A stretch of DNA of 64,000 nucleotides from Escherichia phage fDHCT2, in the sequence record OR427838.1. The stretch is one strand, 5' to 3'. The notes below the pieces were generated by a model. The model searched no databases. It worked only from the letters and a program-made list of their open reading frames with translations, and was not told the origin of the DNA. Each line of letters opens with the position of its first letter. Within the stretch, counting starts at the first letter, position 1. The position numbers were made by a program, and so were the translations under genes. Shown in pieces: positions 16,863 through 25,041 of this stretch.

Positions 16863-18300
16863 AAAATTTGATAGATGCTGCTAAATCATCTAAATCGCTT
16901 CTATTAACACGCGACTGGCGATTGACCTCTGCTTGGCGGTTCATTTCACCTGTGGCCTCACGAACGGTGTTCACTGGGCCTGGGTTGGAATCGTCTTCAA
17001 CTTCGTACCAACGTTGATTTCCTTTCTTAACACCAATCTTAAATTTGTTGTAGTAGCTCTTATCACCATAACGAGATTTAAGCTGCTTAACCATCTGCAT
17101 ACCCATCTGAGCAAATTCTTCTGTCTCGACCACACCCAACATGAAGTCTGCGGTATGTGCAATACCAAAGGATTCAGCAATATCAGCCATATCGATTTCG
17201 GCTGCAACGTTCGCGCCACGAGTAGTCTGGGCTGCAGTCCACAGCAATAATTTCTTCTCTACTGCAAGTCCACGTAGTTCTTCAGCAACCATCTTAATCA
17301 ATCCGTAACTGTTTTCAGAGAAAACTTTCGTACGAGACGATGCACAGATGGCCAAGTAGTCAACGATAACGACCTGTGGGACAAAGTTTTGTTTGAGCTT
17401 GTATTCGTTTAATAATGCACGGAATGTATCGGCATTCGCACCGCCGGTAGGATACTGTTTAATCTTTAAACGACCTAAGGTAGCAGTTGAACGCCATTTA
17501 TCCATCTTAGCTTTATATTCAGGCCACGAGACATGACCATCATCGATATCATCCAGTGATACATCCAGAAGGTTGGCATCGATACGCTTAGCACATACTT
17601 CCTCTGCCATCTCCATGGAGATATAAAGAACATCGTAACCCGATTGAAGGTAATCAGCAGCCAATGAACAAAGACCAAGAGACTTACCTACGTTTGTTCC
17701 TGCTAACAATACGTTTTCAGTACCAAACTCGGCGCCGCCCTTGGTAATCTTATTCAGAATATTAAGACGGAATGGAACCTTACGTGCTTTATCGGAATAA
17801 CTTTTGAATCGTTCTTCATAGTCATCCATCCAGTCATGACCTAATTCAGAATCGAAACAAATCGATAATGCATCACGCATGATATCTGGAATAGCACCAA
17901 TACCTGGAAGTTTTCTATTTTGTTGCTCAACCGGAAGGTCGGCATTAGTTTGGATTTCAATGATTTTTGAAGTTGCATTATACATCGCTGCTTTCTGAAC
18001 GTATTTCTCCGTCTCTTTAACCAACCATTCTTGGTCTTCAGGTCCGGCATTCAGCGAACTTAAAAGCTCTTTAGCGCCTTGGTGTTCAACTTCTGAAAGC
18101 GTACTGTTATCTAATGCAATGCTCAGCGCGTTCTTAGAAGGCACTGCATTATATTCATTGACATGTTTTTTAATTTCTTTGAAAAGGGTCTTTGCAGGAC
18201 CCTGGTCAAAATAAGAATCATTCATATAAGGCCAGACCTTAGTGAAATAATCACTATTGCCTAACAGTTGAGCCAAAATAGTTTCTACCACTTCCACCAC
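16861..18300 (-). CDS. 41: replicative DNA helicase gp41
   Basis: 479 aa; Walker A GTNVGKS; DnaB-like; T4 synteny. Confidence 0.95.
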   Translation of the reverse strand: MVEVVETILAQLLGNSDYFTKVWPYMNDSYFDQGPAKTLFKEIKKHVNEYNAVPSKNALSIALDNSTLSEVEHQGAKELLSSLNAGPEDQEWLVKETEKYVQKAAMYNATSKIIEIQTNADLPVEQQNRKLPGIGAIPDIMRDALSICFDSELGHDWMDDYEERFKSYSDKARKVPFRLNILNKITKGGAEFGTENVLLAGTNVGKSLGLCSLAADYLQSGYDVLYISMEMAEEVCAKRIDANLLDVSLDDIDDGHVSWPEYKAKMDKWRSTATLGRLKIKQYPTGGANADTFRALLNEYKLKQNFVPQVVIVDYLAICASSRTKVFSENSYGLIKMVAEELRGLAVEKKLLLWTAAQTTRGANVAAEIDMADIAESFGIAHTADFMLGVVETEEFAQMGMQMVKQLKSRYGDKSYYNKFKIGVKKGNQRWYEVEDDSNPGPVNTVREATGEMNRQAEVNRQSRVNRSDLDDLAASIKF

Positions 18301-18614
18301 CTCTTAGATTTAATTTTATCCAGTTCTTCTTGTATTTGCATTGTAACACATTTTTCTACATGAAGCGCTAGCTCTTCTTTTCGGTCTTCGGAAGGTGTTC
18401 CGAAATCAACCGACACTTTTCCATCTTTCTCAATAACAATATTCATCACATAAACGATGTGAGCAGTGCCATCGGGTAAAGTAAGCATAATTTCCTGCTT
18501 AACCGAACCCATTGACTTACGGATTATATCTAATGATTTCTCATAATAACGAGGGTCACTAGGACCCTCTTCGGTATCTTTAACAAAATTATCTAAATCA
18601 GATAAATCAGTCAT
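18285..18614 (-). CDS. hypothetical protein at gene 40 position
   Basis: 109-aa ORF between uvsX and 41. Confidence 0.55.
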   Translation of the reverse strand: MTDLSDLDNFVKDTEEGPSDPRYYEKSLDIIRKSMGSVKQEIMLTLPDGTAHIVYVMNIVIEKDGKVSVDFGTPSEDRKEELALHVEKCVTMQIQEELDKIKSKRWWKW

Positions 18615-19788
18615 GATCGCTCACAAAATTCATATTTTCTAAATCGTTTTCTATATCAGCGGCGCTTTGGGTATTTCCACCTAATTTAACAGCAACGTTC
18701 TTAGAGACACGAGAGTTAATAAGGTCGTTCACCGCATCGTCAACTTCTTTAATAGAATTAATTGCACCGAGCTTATACTTATTCTCGATTGCTTCACGGA
18801 ACGGAGCATGTTTAAACAGCGGTCCCCAGAACTCGACACAATCGGTAGCTTTAGCACGCCATGATTTTTCTTCTTGAACCATTTCACCTGTGGTTTCGTC
18901 AAGGAATGCACGATTATACCAACCAGCTTTAGGTTTCACAACAAAGCCAATATCAGTAGCCATTTCAAGCAATCCACTGAATGGGTCGATACCACCTTCA
19001 AAGTTCACAGTAATTGGGAACGTTGATTTCTCTTTAACAGTACGAGATTTTTCGGCCTTCAGGGTGAAGTCATAACCAGTGAGCTCGGTGCCATCTTTAA
19101 CCTGACGTTTAGAGATAAAGAATACGGTAGAAGCAGAGTACAGAATACCGGTACCGCCACCCATAATCTCTTTAGGATACATTCCACCAATTTCCATAGC
19201 CGTATGGTTAATTGCTACACAAGGGATATCCTTGATGGTCAGATAAGGTGTTACGATACGGAACAGAGATTTCAGTGACTTAGCACGGGTCATATCACCT
19301 ACAACTTTCTCGTTCAAAGCATCTTCGGTTTCTTTCTTAGAAGCGGTGTTACCGATGGAGTCGATAAAGATAATAACCTTTTCACCACGAGTAATTTCTT
19401 CTAATTGGTTGGTCATGTCAACCTTCAGTTGTTCAACTGACTGGATTGGCGTATGAACCACACGTTCCAGGTCAACACCCATTGAACGGAAATAAGATTC
19501 TGAAGCACCGAACTCAGAGTCATAGAACAAGCAAATTGCGTCTGGATATTTCTTCATATATGCTGCAACCATGGTAAGTCCAAACAATGTTTTAAAGTGT
19601 TTAGATGGAGCAGCAAAGATTGTCAAACCTGATTGTAAGCCTGCATTCAACGCACCACCCAATGCAATATTCAGCATAGGGATACGAGTAGGAACTTCGT
19701 CACGACCATTAAACAATTTGGATTTGGTCAGGTCGGCAGTCATTTTAGAAGTAGAAGCTTTAATCAAACGGGATTTTAAATCAGACAT
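18607..19788 (-). CDS. uvsX: UvsX RecA-like recombinase
   Basis: 393 aa; MSDLKSRLIKASTSK... near-identical to remembered T4 UvsX N-terminus. Confidence 0.95.
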   Translation of the reverse strand: MSDLKSRLIKASTSKMTADLTKSKLFNGRDEVPTRIPMLNIALGGALNAGLQSGLTIFAAPSKHFKTLFGLTMVAAYMKKYPDAICLFYDSEFGASESYFRSMGVDLERVVHTPIQSVEQLKVDMTNQLEEITRGEKVIIFIDSIGNTASKKETEDALNEKVVGDMTRAKSLKSLFRIVTPYLTIKDIPCVAINHTAMEIGGMYPKEIMGGGTGILYSASTVFFISKRQVKDGTELTGYDFTLKAEKSRTVKEKSTFPITVNFEGGIDPFSGLLEMATDIGFVVKPKAGWYNRAFLDETTGEMVQEEKSWRAKATDCVEFWGPLFKHAPFREAIENKYKLGAINSIKEVDDAVNDLINSRVSKNVAVKLGGNTQSAADIENDLENMNFVSDHD

Positions 19789-19840
19789 TATATTTTTCCA
19801 TAGGCATCATTATATTTTACTCACGTTTTAAGATAGGGTA

Positions 19841-19870
19841 ATTATATCACTTCACATTTACAGCGTTAAA
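19841..19870 (-). promoter_or_regulatory. possible weak promoter upstream of uvsX
   Basis: minus GTGATATAAT then TACCCTATCTTAA; -35 only CTTTAA-like. Confidence 0.3.
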
Positions 19871-20759
19871 GGACCACGTCCTCATAACTTGGCATTTCGT
19901 GCTCAGAATGGATATGGGCGCCGAAATAAATGAATTCAGCTAGACCAGGATGGAATACTAAACCTGGGTTCTCATGATAAATGATATGAGGTCTTGATTT
20001 CAGAATCTGATAATATTCAACCTTACTTGGTTTGAATTTAATAATCTCTACATCAGGACGATAGTCTTCACGCTTAAATGAATCATTCGGGTCGGTGATA
20101 TAAAGACGAGCACCTTCAGCCGCAGCTTGGTCTACAACTCTTTCGAATTGATAACACTTATCCGAAATACGGAATGGGTGGAAAATACCATCAATTTTAA
20201 TAGGCGCTAGACCTTCAGAGTAACGCTCAATTACTGCCGGATTAATTACCTTTTGGTCTACAAAAATCTTATCAGAGGACGCACCTCGTGACACCAGGAC
20301 GTCTTTCTGACATTGGTTCAAGACTGTAGTATAAATCGAACGTTCAACTGAAGACACGTCGGTATCAATAAACTCATCGATGTAATAACGAGGAACTTCA
20401 GGGTCCATTGTAATGTTAAAGTTGAATTGTACAGTCTGAGCACCATCATAACCAGTGATATCGGTTACTAATCCCGAGCAGTCATAGTATTCGATTAACG
20501 AATCAACGACAAACTCATTTTCGGACCAAAAATGTTTACGGGTCTCATAAGCATTTTCTTTATACCAAAGCGGCACGAAATTCAGTTCAGGAAATAATTC
20601 AATACATTCTTTGATATCGCTCGAATTTCTAGGATAAGCCAGATAATCACCTGGGCAAGCACGGTTTAAATGGAGTTGGAAATTACCGTCCTTAAGGACG
20701 GCATATTCACCTGTTTCGTAACTACGCATACTGAAAATAGGAACGATAAACAAACTCAT
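19866..20759 (-). CDS. hypothetical protein at the T4 bgt position (candidate transferase)
   Basis: 297 aa; no resemblance to remembered T4 beta-glucosyltransferase; function inferred from context only. Confidence 0.6.
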   Translation of the reverse strand: MSLFIVPIFSMRSYETGEYAVLKDGNFQLHLNRACPGDYLAYPRNSSDIKECIELFPELNFVPLWYKENAYETRKHFWSENEFVVDSLIEYYDCSGLVTDITGYDGAQTVQFNFNITMDPEVPRYYIDEFIDTDVSSVERSIYTTVLNQCQKDVLVSRGASSDKIFVDQKVINPAVIERYSEGLAPIKIDGIFHPFRISDKCYQFERVVDQAAAEGARLYITDPNDSFKREDYRPDVEIIKFKPSKVEYYQILKSRPHIIYHENPGLVFHPGLAEFIYFGAHIHSEHEMPSYEDVVL

Positions 20760-21454
20760 TTCAGGAATCCTCGAACGTAGTCAAAATCACGTTCAAATAC
20801 GTGTGCACTAACCATAGTATGGGAATACGTACCCAGACCAACACCACACTGTTCAGCAATAAAGGCCATCAGTTTACCCTGCAGATAGAAATCCAGCTGC
20901 ATAACGATAGCACAGTTCTGTGAACGCATATGAGTATGTGCATACAGACGTCCATCACGAATATAATATGTTACCGAATCGGTACATGGATATTCTAGGG
21001 ATTCGTCAGAATCAAGGAGGGCTTGGTCTTGTTCTTGGAGAATTTGGAACACAACTCGTCTCGAGTTAGGCTTTTCTTTAAGCTCTTTAAGTAGGGCTGG
21101 GAGTTGGGCCACAATTCGAGGTCCATAGAAAGTGTTGAAGTTTGCAGGCAATACGTCACTTTTCGGCTTATCAATGAACTTAGCAACATTAGGGTATTCC
21201 TTAAATGCTTCGGCAGCGTCAGTACCACCAGAAATCATAAATTTCCAAAAGGATTCGGCATATTCATAACTGATACGATTGATACGTGGGTCGGTGAATT
21301 TATAGGTGCTGGCATCCAGTACTTCTATAGAAGCAGAACCAATTTCATAACAACGTCCGATACGAGAATCAACTGCAAACTGTGGAGCTTCCAGGATTTC
21401 TTCGTTCATTTGTTTAAATGCATTTTCAAAACTAACAGCGGTAATGTGTTTCAT
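20756..21454 (-). CDS. 42: pyrimidine hydroxymethylase, thymidylate-synthase fold (gp42-like)
   Basis: 232 aa; ...PCTDSVTYYIRDGRLYAHTHMRSQN... aligns with T4 gp42 ...MCTNTVQYLIRD...NMRSND... Confidence 0.8.
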   Translation of the reverse strand: MKHITAVSFENAFKQMNEEILEAPQFAVDSRIGRCYEIGSASIEVLDASTYKFTDPRINRISYEYAESFWKFMISGGTDAAEAFKEYPNVAKFIDKPKSDVLPANFNTFYGPRIVAQLPALLKELKEKPNSRRVVFQILQEQDQALLDSDESLEYPCTDSVTYYIRDGRLYAHTHMRSQNCAIVMQLDFYLQGKLMAFIAEQCGVGLGTYSHTMVSAHVFERDFDYVRGFLK

Positions 21455-21987
21455 TTATTCACCTTATTTTCAATATATTCGTTCAGACGTTTTAATTCTA
21501 CCATATCAACATTAAGCAAATTATTATGGCCGTCATGATTTAAGATTTTAAACACGTTTTCAAAACATGTTTCGTATTGCTGGATAGTTAGGTTGAACTC
21601 ATCTTTGGTTAATTTAATAAGGTCATCTTCGAAGTCTTCATCTAATGGATTACGGGTTAAAATAACCTCGATAACGTTAAATTCGGATTTAAACCCTTTC
21701 CAATCTTCCAGTTCTACATAAGGGTCCATTTCACCACGAAGGAATCCTGAGTAAACAATATTACTTGGATAACCACGGTCAAGGATGTAAACGAAATTAG
21801 GGTCTAAAAACTTATACAACGTCTCGACTAAAGCCTTATCATTATCAGTTCCTAATGAAATACACTTGCCATTAATCTTTTTAGGAAAATCAATAAGGCG
21901 GTATTTCTTATTGGATAACAGATTTTTAATTAAAGTGGACTTCCCGGAATTATCTGGGCCGTCTATAACAATGATTTTTGGATTCAT
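21451..21987 (-). CDS. P-loop kinase (thymidylate-kinase-like)
   Basis: 178 aa; Walker A IVIDGPDNSGKSTL. Confidence 0.7.
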   Translation of the reverse strand: MNPKIIVIDGPDNSGKSTLIKNLLSNKKYRLIDFPKKINGKCISLGTDNDKALVETLYKFLDPNFVYILDRGYPSNIVYSGFLRGEMDPYVELEDWKGFKSEFNVIEVILTRNPLDEDFEDDLIKLTKDEFNLTIQQYETCFENVFKILNHDGHNNLLNVDMVELKRLNEYIENKVNK

Positions 21988-22382
21988 GGATGATAGGCCT
22001 TATAACTATCAAGAGTTCCTTCACGAACCAATTCTTTAAAGTGGTCTGGACGGATTGCTCGGTCATCGATGATAAAAGTATAACTCGGCTTGTGTGTAAG
22101 CAAATTGTGATATTTCAATCCAATTTTTTCAAGGTTCTTAACCAATGCAGGAACTACTTCAACCAAGATTCGACCTGGGCCACATGAAGTCATGCCACGG
22201 GCAGTGAATAATGTAATCTCGTACCCTTCATCATAAAGCTTATTAATCATGGACACCATTTCGGTGTCCGGTTTAAAGTTCTCATAATCACGGTCATGGT
22301 TCCAAATCGTGATTGTGTTATCGATATCAAAACATAAATGTGGTTTATTTTCTACTCGATGCGACATTAAATTTTCTTCCAT
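21984..22382 (-). CDS. small HAD-superfamily phosphatase
   Basis: 132 aa; motif I FDIDNTIT. Confidence 0.65.
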   Translation of the reverse strand: MEENLMSHRVENKPHLCFDIDNTITIWNHDRDYENFKPDTEMVSMINKLYDEGYEITLFTARGMTSCGPGRILVEVVPALVKNLEKIGLKYHNLLTHKPSYTFIIDDRAIRPDHFKELVREGTLDSYKAYHP

Positions 22383-24040
22383 TGTTTGTGGAGTTCAGTA
22401 GAACCTGTAGGTTTATATTTTACACCAGTTTCCTGGTCAAGCAAAACCCACTTATCAGGACAACGAGTAATAATTTGAGCCGTGATAGGGTCACGAACTT
22501 CATCGACAAATTCACCAGTAATAAGCTTACGCTTACGAGGATGCCGCTTCAGCAGCACACTCAGTTGGTACAAACCGTTATAATAAGCACCCAGAGCTTT
22601 CAGAGGGTTATTCTTAAAGTAACCTGCCAGCGCCATCCAAATAACAGCAATCCAGAGCTTGTGCTTAAATGTGCACATAGGAATATCGTCTAAAGGCATA
22701 ACCTTTTCAATATCAACGAATACACGAGTTCCATTACGAGTTAATCCACCCCATAGAGGGTCTGAGTTAAATTTGTCATAGCCATCGATAGAATAAAGCA
22801 CCTTAGCTTCATCATAAATCGCAGGGCCTTTAGAACTATTACCGAAATAACCACGTGGGTCGATGATTTTAATATCACCTTCGTCCGACAGCATAATATT
22901 ACTGTAGTGCGGGTCACCATGAATAAGTTGGTACGGTTCTTTATGTTCAGACAGAATTTCTAATGCATGGCGGAGAAGTTTTTCAGGGTCGCCTACTTTG
23001 AAATCGTTGACATGGGTAATGCCCTGTGGAGCAAAGCCTTCAATCAATCCGGCAATAGAAGCATTACGAATAAGGACCTTGTCCAATACTTCTTTCTTAA
23101 CATCGGAATACCATTGTTCATCGGACGGATTATCAATAGTTCCACCAAATGAACGTAATGCACTAATGACCTTATAAACCATGAGGACTTTAGTTTCTTT
23201 GGACATAAACCGGTAGGCATCTGCCATGGTCCGACCAAAGATACGTTCCATTTTAATGAATTCGCCTGGAGAAAAGTCTACAATGCTAGGAACGAATTCA
23301 GAATCAATAGAATTATACCAATTGATTTCTTTAGATTGAATTTCTTTACCTAAATCGTTAGTTGGTACTTTAATAGCCAGATTCTCAGTGAACTCTAATT
23401 TATTAAATTCACGGTTAATTTCAGAATCTTCATGGGCCTTAGCCAGTTTCAATTTGTCACCGACATCAACCACAAAGTCCAGCTTACGTTCAGTCAAATG
23501 GACCATCGAATCCAGGTTGTCTGCAAGGTCTTCGCCATAATTAGAACGGTCGAAACCTGTCCAATTAGCCACCTGATACAAACCAACCACACCACCGCCA
23601 GTACCAATTTCACGCAAGTACGGTTCTTCAAATGTAAAACGACAGTCGGTCCCATAGGTATAACAGTAGTCGTTATCCCACTCAACTTTATGACCTTCAG
23701 GAATAATATCACACCAGTTAAACAAGACATTATGCCCAATGATATCTTCAGCAATGCAATCGATAGCATGAGCTGAACCATTAGCAACATCAACGTTACG
23801 AATAGTGAATTTAGGCTTATCACCAGTAATCATGTTAATGGATTTGATATAGCCTTTAACGAGGTCGTTAAATTTGCTGTGAATAACCAGAATAATTTCA
23901 TCTGATTGGTTACTATACAAATCATACAAATGCTTTAATACCGTATGTTGTTTGTAGTTAACCAATACCTTCGGGATTTCGTTAGTAATTGGATACAACC
24001 GTGAGCCAAGACCCGCGCCTAAAATAACAACCTTTTTCAT
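22367..24040 (-). CDS. bifunctional sugar-1-phosphate nucleotidyltransferase / kinase
   Basis: start at MKKVVILGAGLGSRLYPIT (RBS GAGGAA); C-terminal LIHGDPHYSNIML...IIDPRGY kinase motifs. Confidence 0.8.
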   Translation of the reverse strand: MKKVVILGAGLGSRLYPITNEIPKVLVNYKQHTVLKHLYDLYSNQSDEIILVIHSKFNDLVKGYIKSINMITGDKPKFTIRNVDVANGSAHAIDCIAEDIIGHNVLFNWCDIIPEGHKVEWDNDYCYTYGTDCRFTFEEPYLREIGTGGGVVGLYQVANWTGFDRSNYGEDLADNLDSMVHLTERKLDFVVDVGDKLKLAKAHEDSEINREFNKLEFTENLAIKVPTNDLGKEIQSKEINWYNSIDSEFVPSIVDFSPGEFIKMERIFGRTMADAYRFMSKETKVLMVYKVISALRSFGGTIDNPSDEQWYSDVKKEVLDKVLIRNASIAGLIEGFAPQGITHVNDFKVGDPEKLLRHALEILSEHKEPYQLIHGDPHYSNIMLSDEGDIKIIDPRGYFGNSSKGPAIYDEAKVLYSIDGYDKFNSDPLWGGLTRNGTRVFVDIEKVMPLDDIPMCTFKHKLWIAVIWMALAGYFKNNPLKALGAYYNGLYQLSVLLKRHPRKRKLITGEFVDEVRDPITAQIITRCPDKWVLLDQETGVKYKPTGSTELHKQWKKI

Positions 24041-24100
24041 TATCTGTTCCTCAAGTGAATGTAGGTACATTATACACTATTTTTAATAAATTGGTATTGC

Positions 24101-24601
24101 TTAAATCTTATCTTTACCGATTTCAATACACTGTTCTATTGCCGCCGGTACTTTGGTCTTGAGCTTATCGATTTGTTTCTTATAATCACGAGCTTTACCG
24201 AAGCTCTCGGTTTCGAGCATTTCGTAATAACGAGCCTCGTGGATGGAAATCTGTAGATTGATATGGTTTACGCACATCGCATACAGTTTCTGCTTTTTGT
24301 ACAAATCATCTTGACGCTTCATTTCTGCCTGGTGTTTGGCTAGTACCGCTTCACGCTTAGACTCTTGTTCACGTTGGAATTCGATTTCCCTTTGAGCATA
24401 TTTTGCACAGTTATTACCGCATTGATTATTAGCTCGGGTATACACAAGTCCGGAACCAGCACGGAATTTCATTTCGCCATCGAATTGTTTCTGTTCAGCT
24501 GCGATACGAGCTTTACCAACTTCATCAGCCGAAACTGCATCGCCATATTGGACCGCGCAACCTGATAGGAGCATACTCATTGCGATAATTAACTTTTTCA
24601 T
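24101..24601 (-). CDS. lipoprotein
   Basis: 166 aa; MKKLIIAMSMLLSGC lipobox. Confidence 0.6.
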   Translation of the reverse strand: MKKLIIAMSMLLSGCAVQYGDAVSADEVGKARIAAEQKQFDGEMKFRAGSGLVYTRANNQCGNNCAKYAQREIEFQREQESKREAVLAKHQAEMKRQDDLYKKQKLYAMCVNHINLQISIHEARYYEMLETESFGKARDYKKQIDKLKTKVPAAIEQCIEIGKDKI

Positions 24602-24608
24602 AATATCC

Positions 24609-24746
24609 TCAATTAAAACAGTTATACTTAATTTGTGCTATAAGAATAATCCATCCAATGATGAGTGTCGGAATCATTGGTGGAATTGCCACTGCCCAAT
24701 AAACGGTAAAGGCAGCCATTATAAGAAATAAAATAATTATCTTCAT
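24609..24746 (-). CDS. small membrane peptide (45 aa, hand-called)
   Basis: MKIIILFLIMAAFTVYWAVAIPPMIPTLIIGWIILIAQ...; ATG overlaps imm stop. Confidence 0.4.
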   Translation of the reverse strand: MKIIILFLIMAAFTVYWAVAIPPMIPTLIIGWIILIAQIKYNCFN

Positions 24747-24979
24747 TGTTTAACGATAATGATTTGTGCGTTTGATTTACGTTCAGCGACGATAGCCCAG
24801 ATTAAAGCCACTACCCAACCAATCATCGTCCACCCTAACAGGAGATTAAGGAAGAAAATTCCTACATTACTACGAGTGCCTCGCAGAAGGGCTAAAATCC
24901 ATGGTAAAAAGTAACCGATGAACATAATAACCAGAGAACCAAATCCTAAAACACCAGCACTAACGATTAAAGCTTCCAT
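24743..24979 (-). CDS. imm: superinfection immunity protein Imm
   Basis: 78 aa, two TM helices, ...LLLGWTMIGWVVALIWA...; T4 position before gene 43. Confidence 0.7.
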   Translation of the reverse strand: MEALIVSAGVLGFGSLVIMFIGYFLPWILALLRGTRSNVGIFFLNLLLGWTMIGWVVALIWAIVAERKSNAQIIIVKQ

Positions 24980-25009
24980 TGTAATTTCCTCATGTAGTTG
25001 ATAGGAAGG

Positions 25010-25039
25010 ATACTACCACGTTCCTTGTGGTATGTAAAC
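25010..25039 (-). promoter_or_regulatory. T4-type early promoter (imm)
   Basis: minus GTTTAC (25034-25039), 18 nt, TAGTAT, CTATCAAC. Confidence 0.6.
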
Positions 25040-25041
25040 AC

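Noticed and set aside
19866-20759. Calling the 297-aa protein a beta-glucosyltransferase on position alone
   Set aside because: No resemblance to the remembered T4 Bgt sequence; kept as hypothetical with a context-based transferase hypothesis only.
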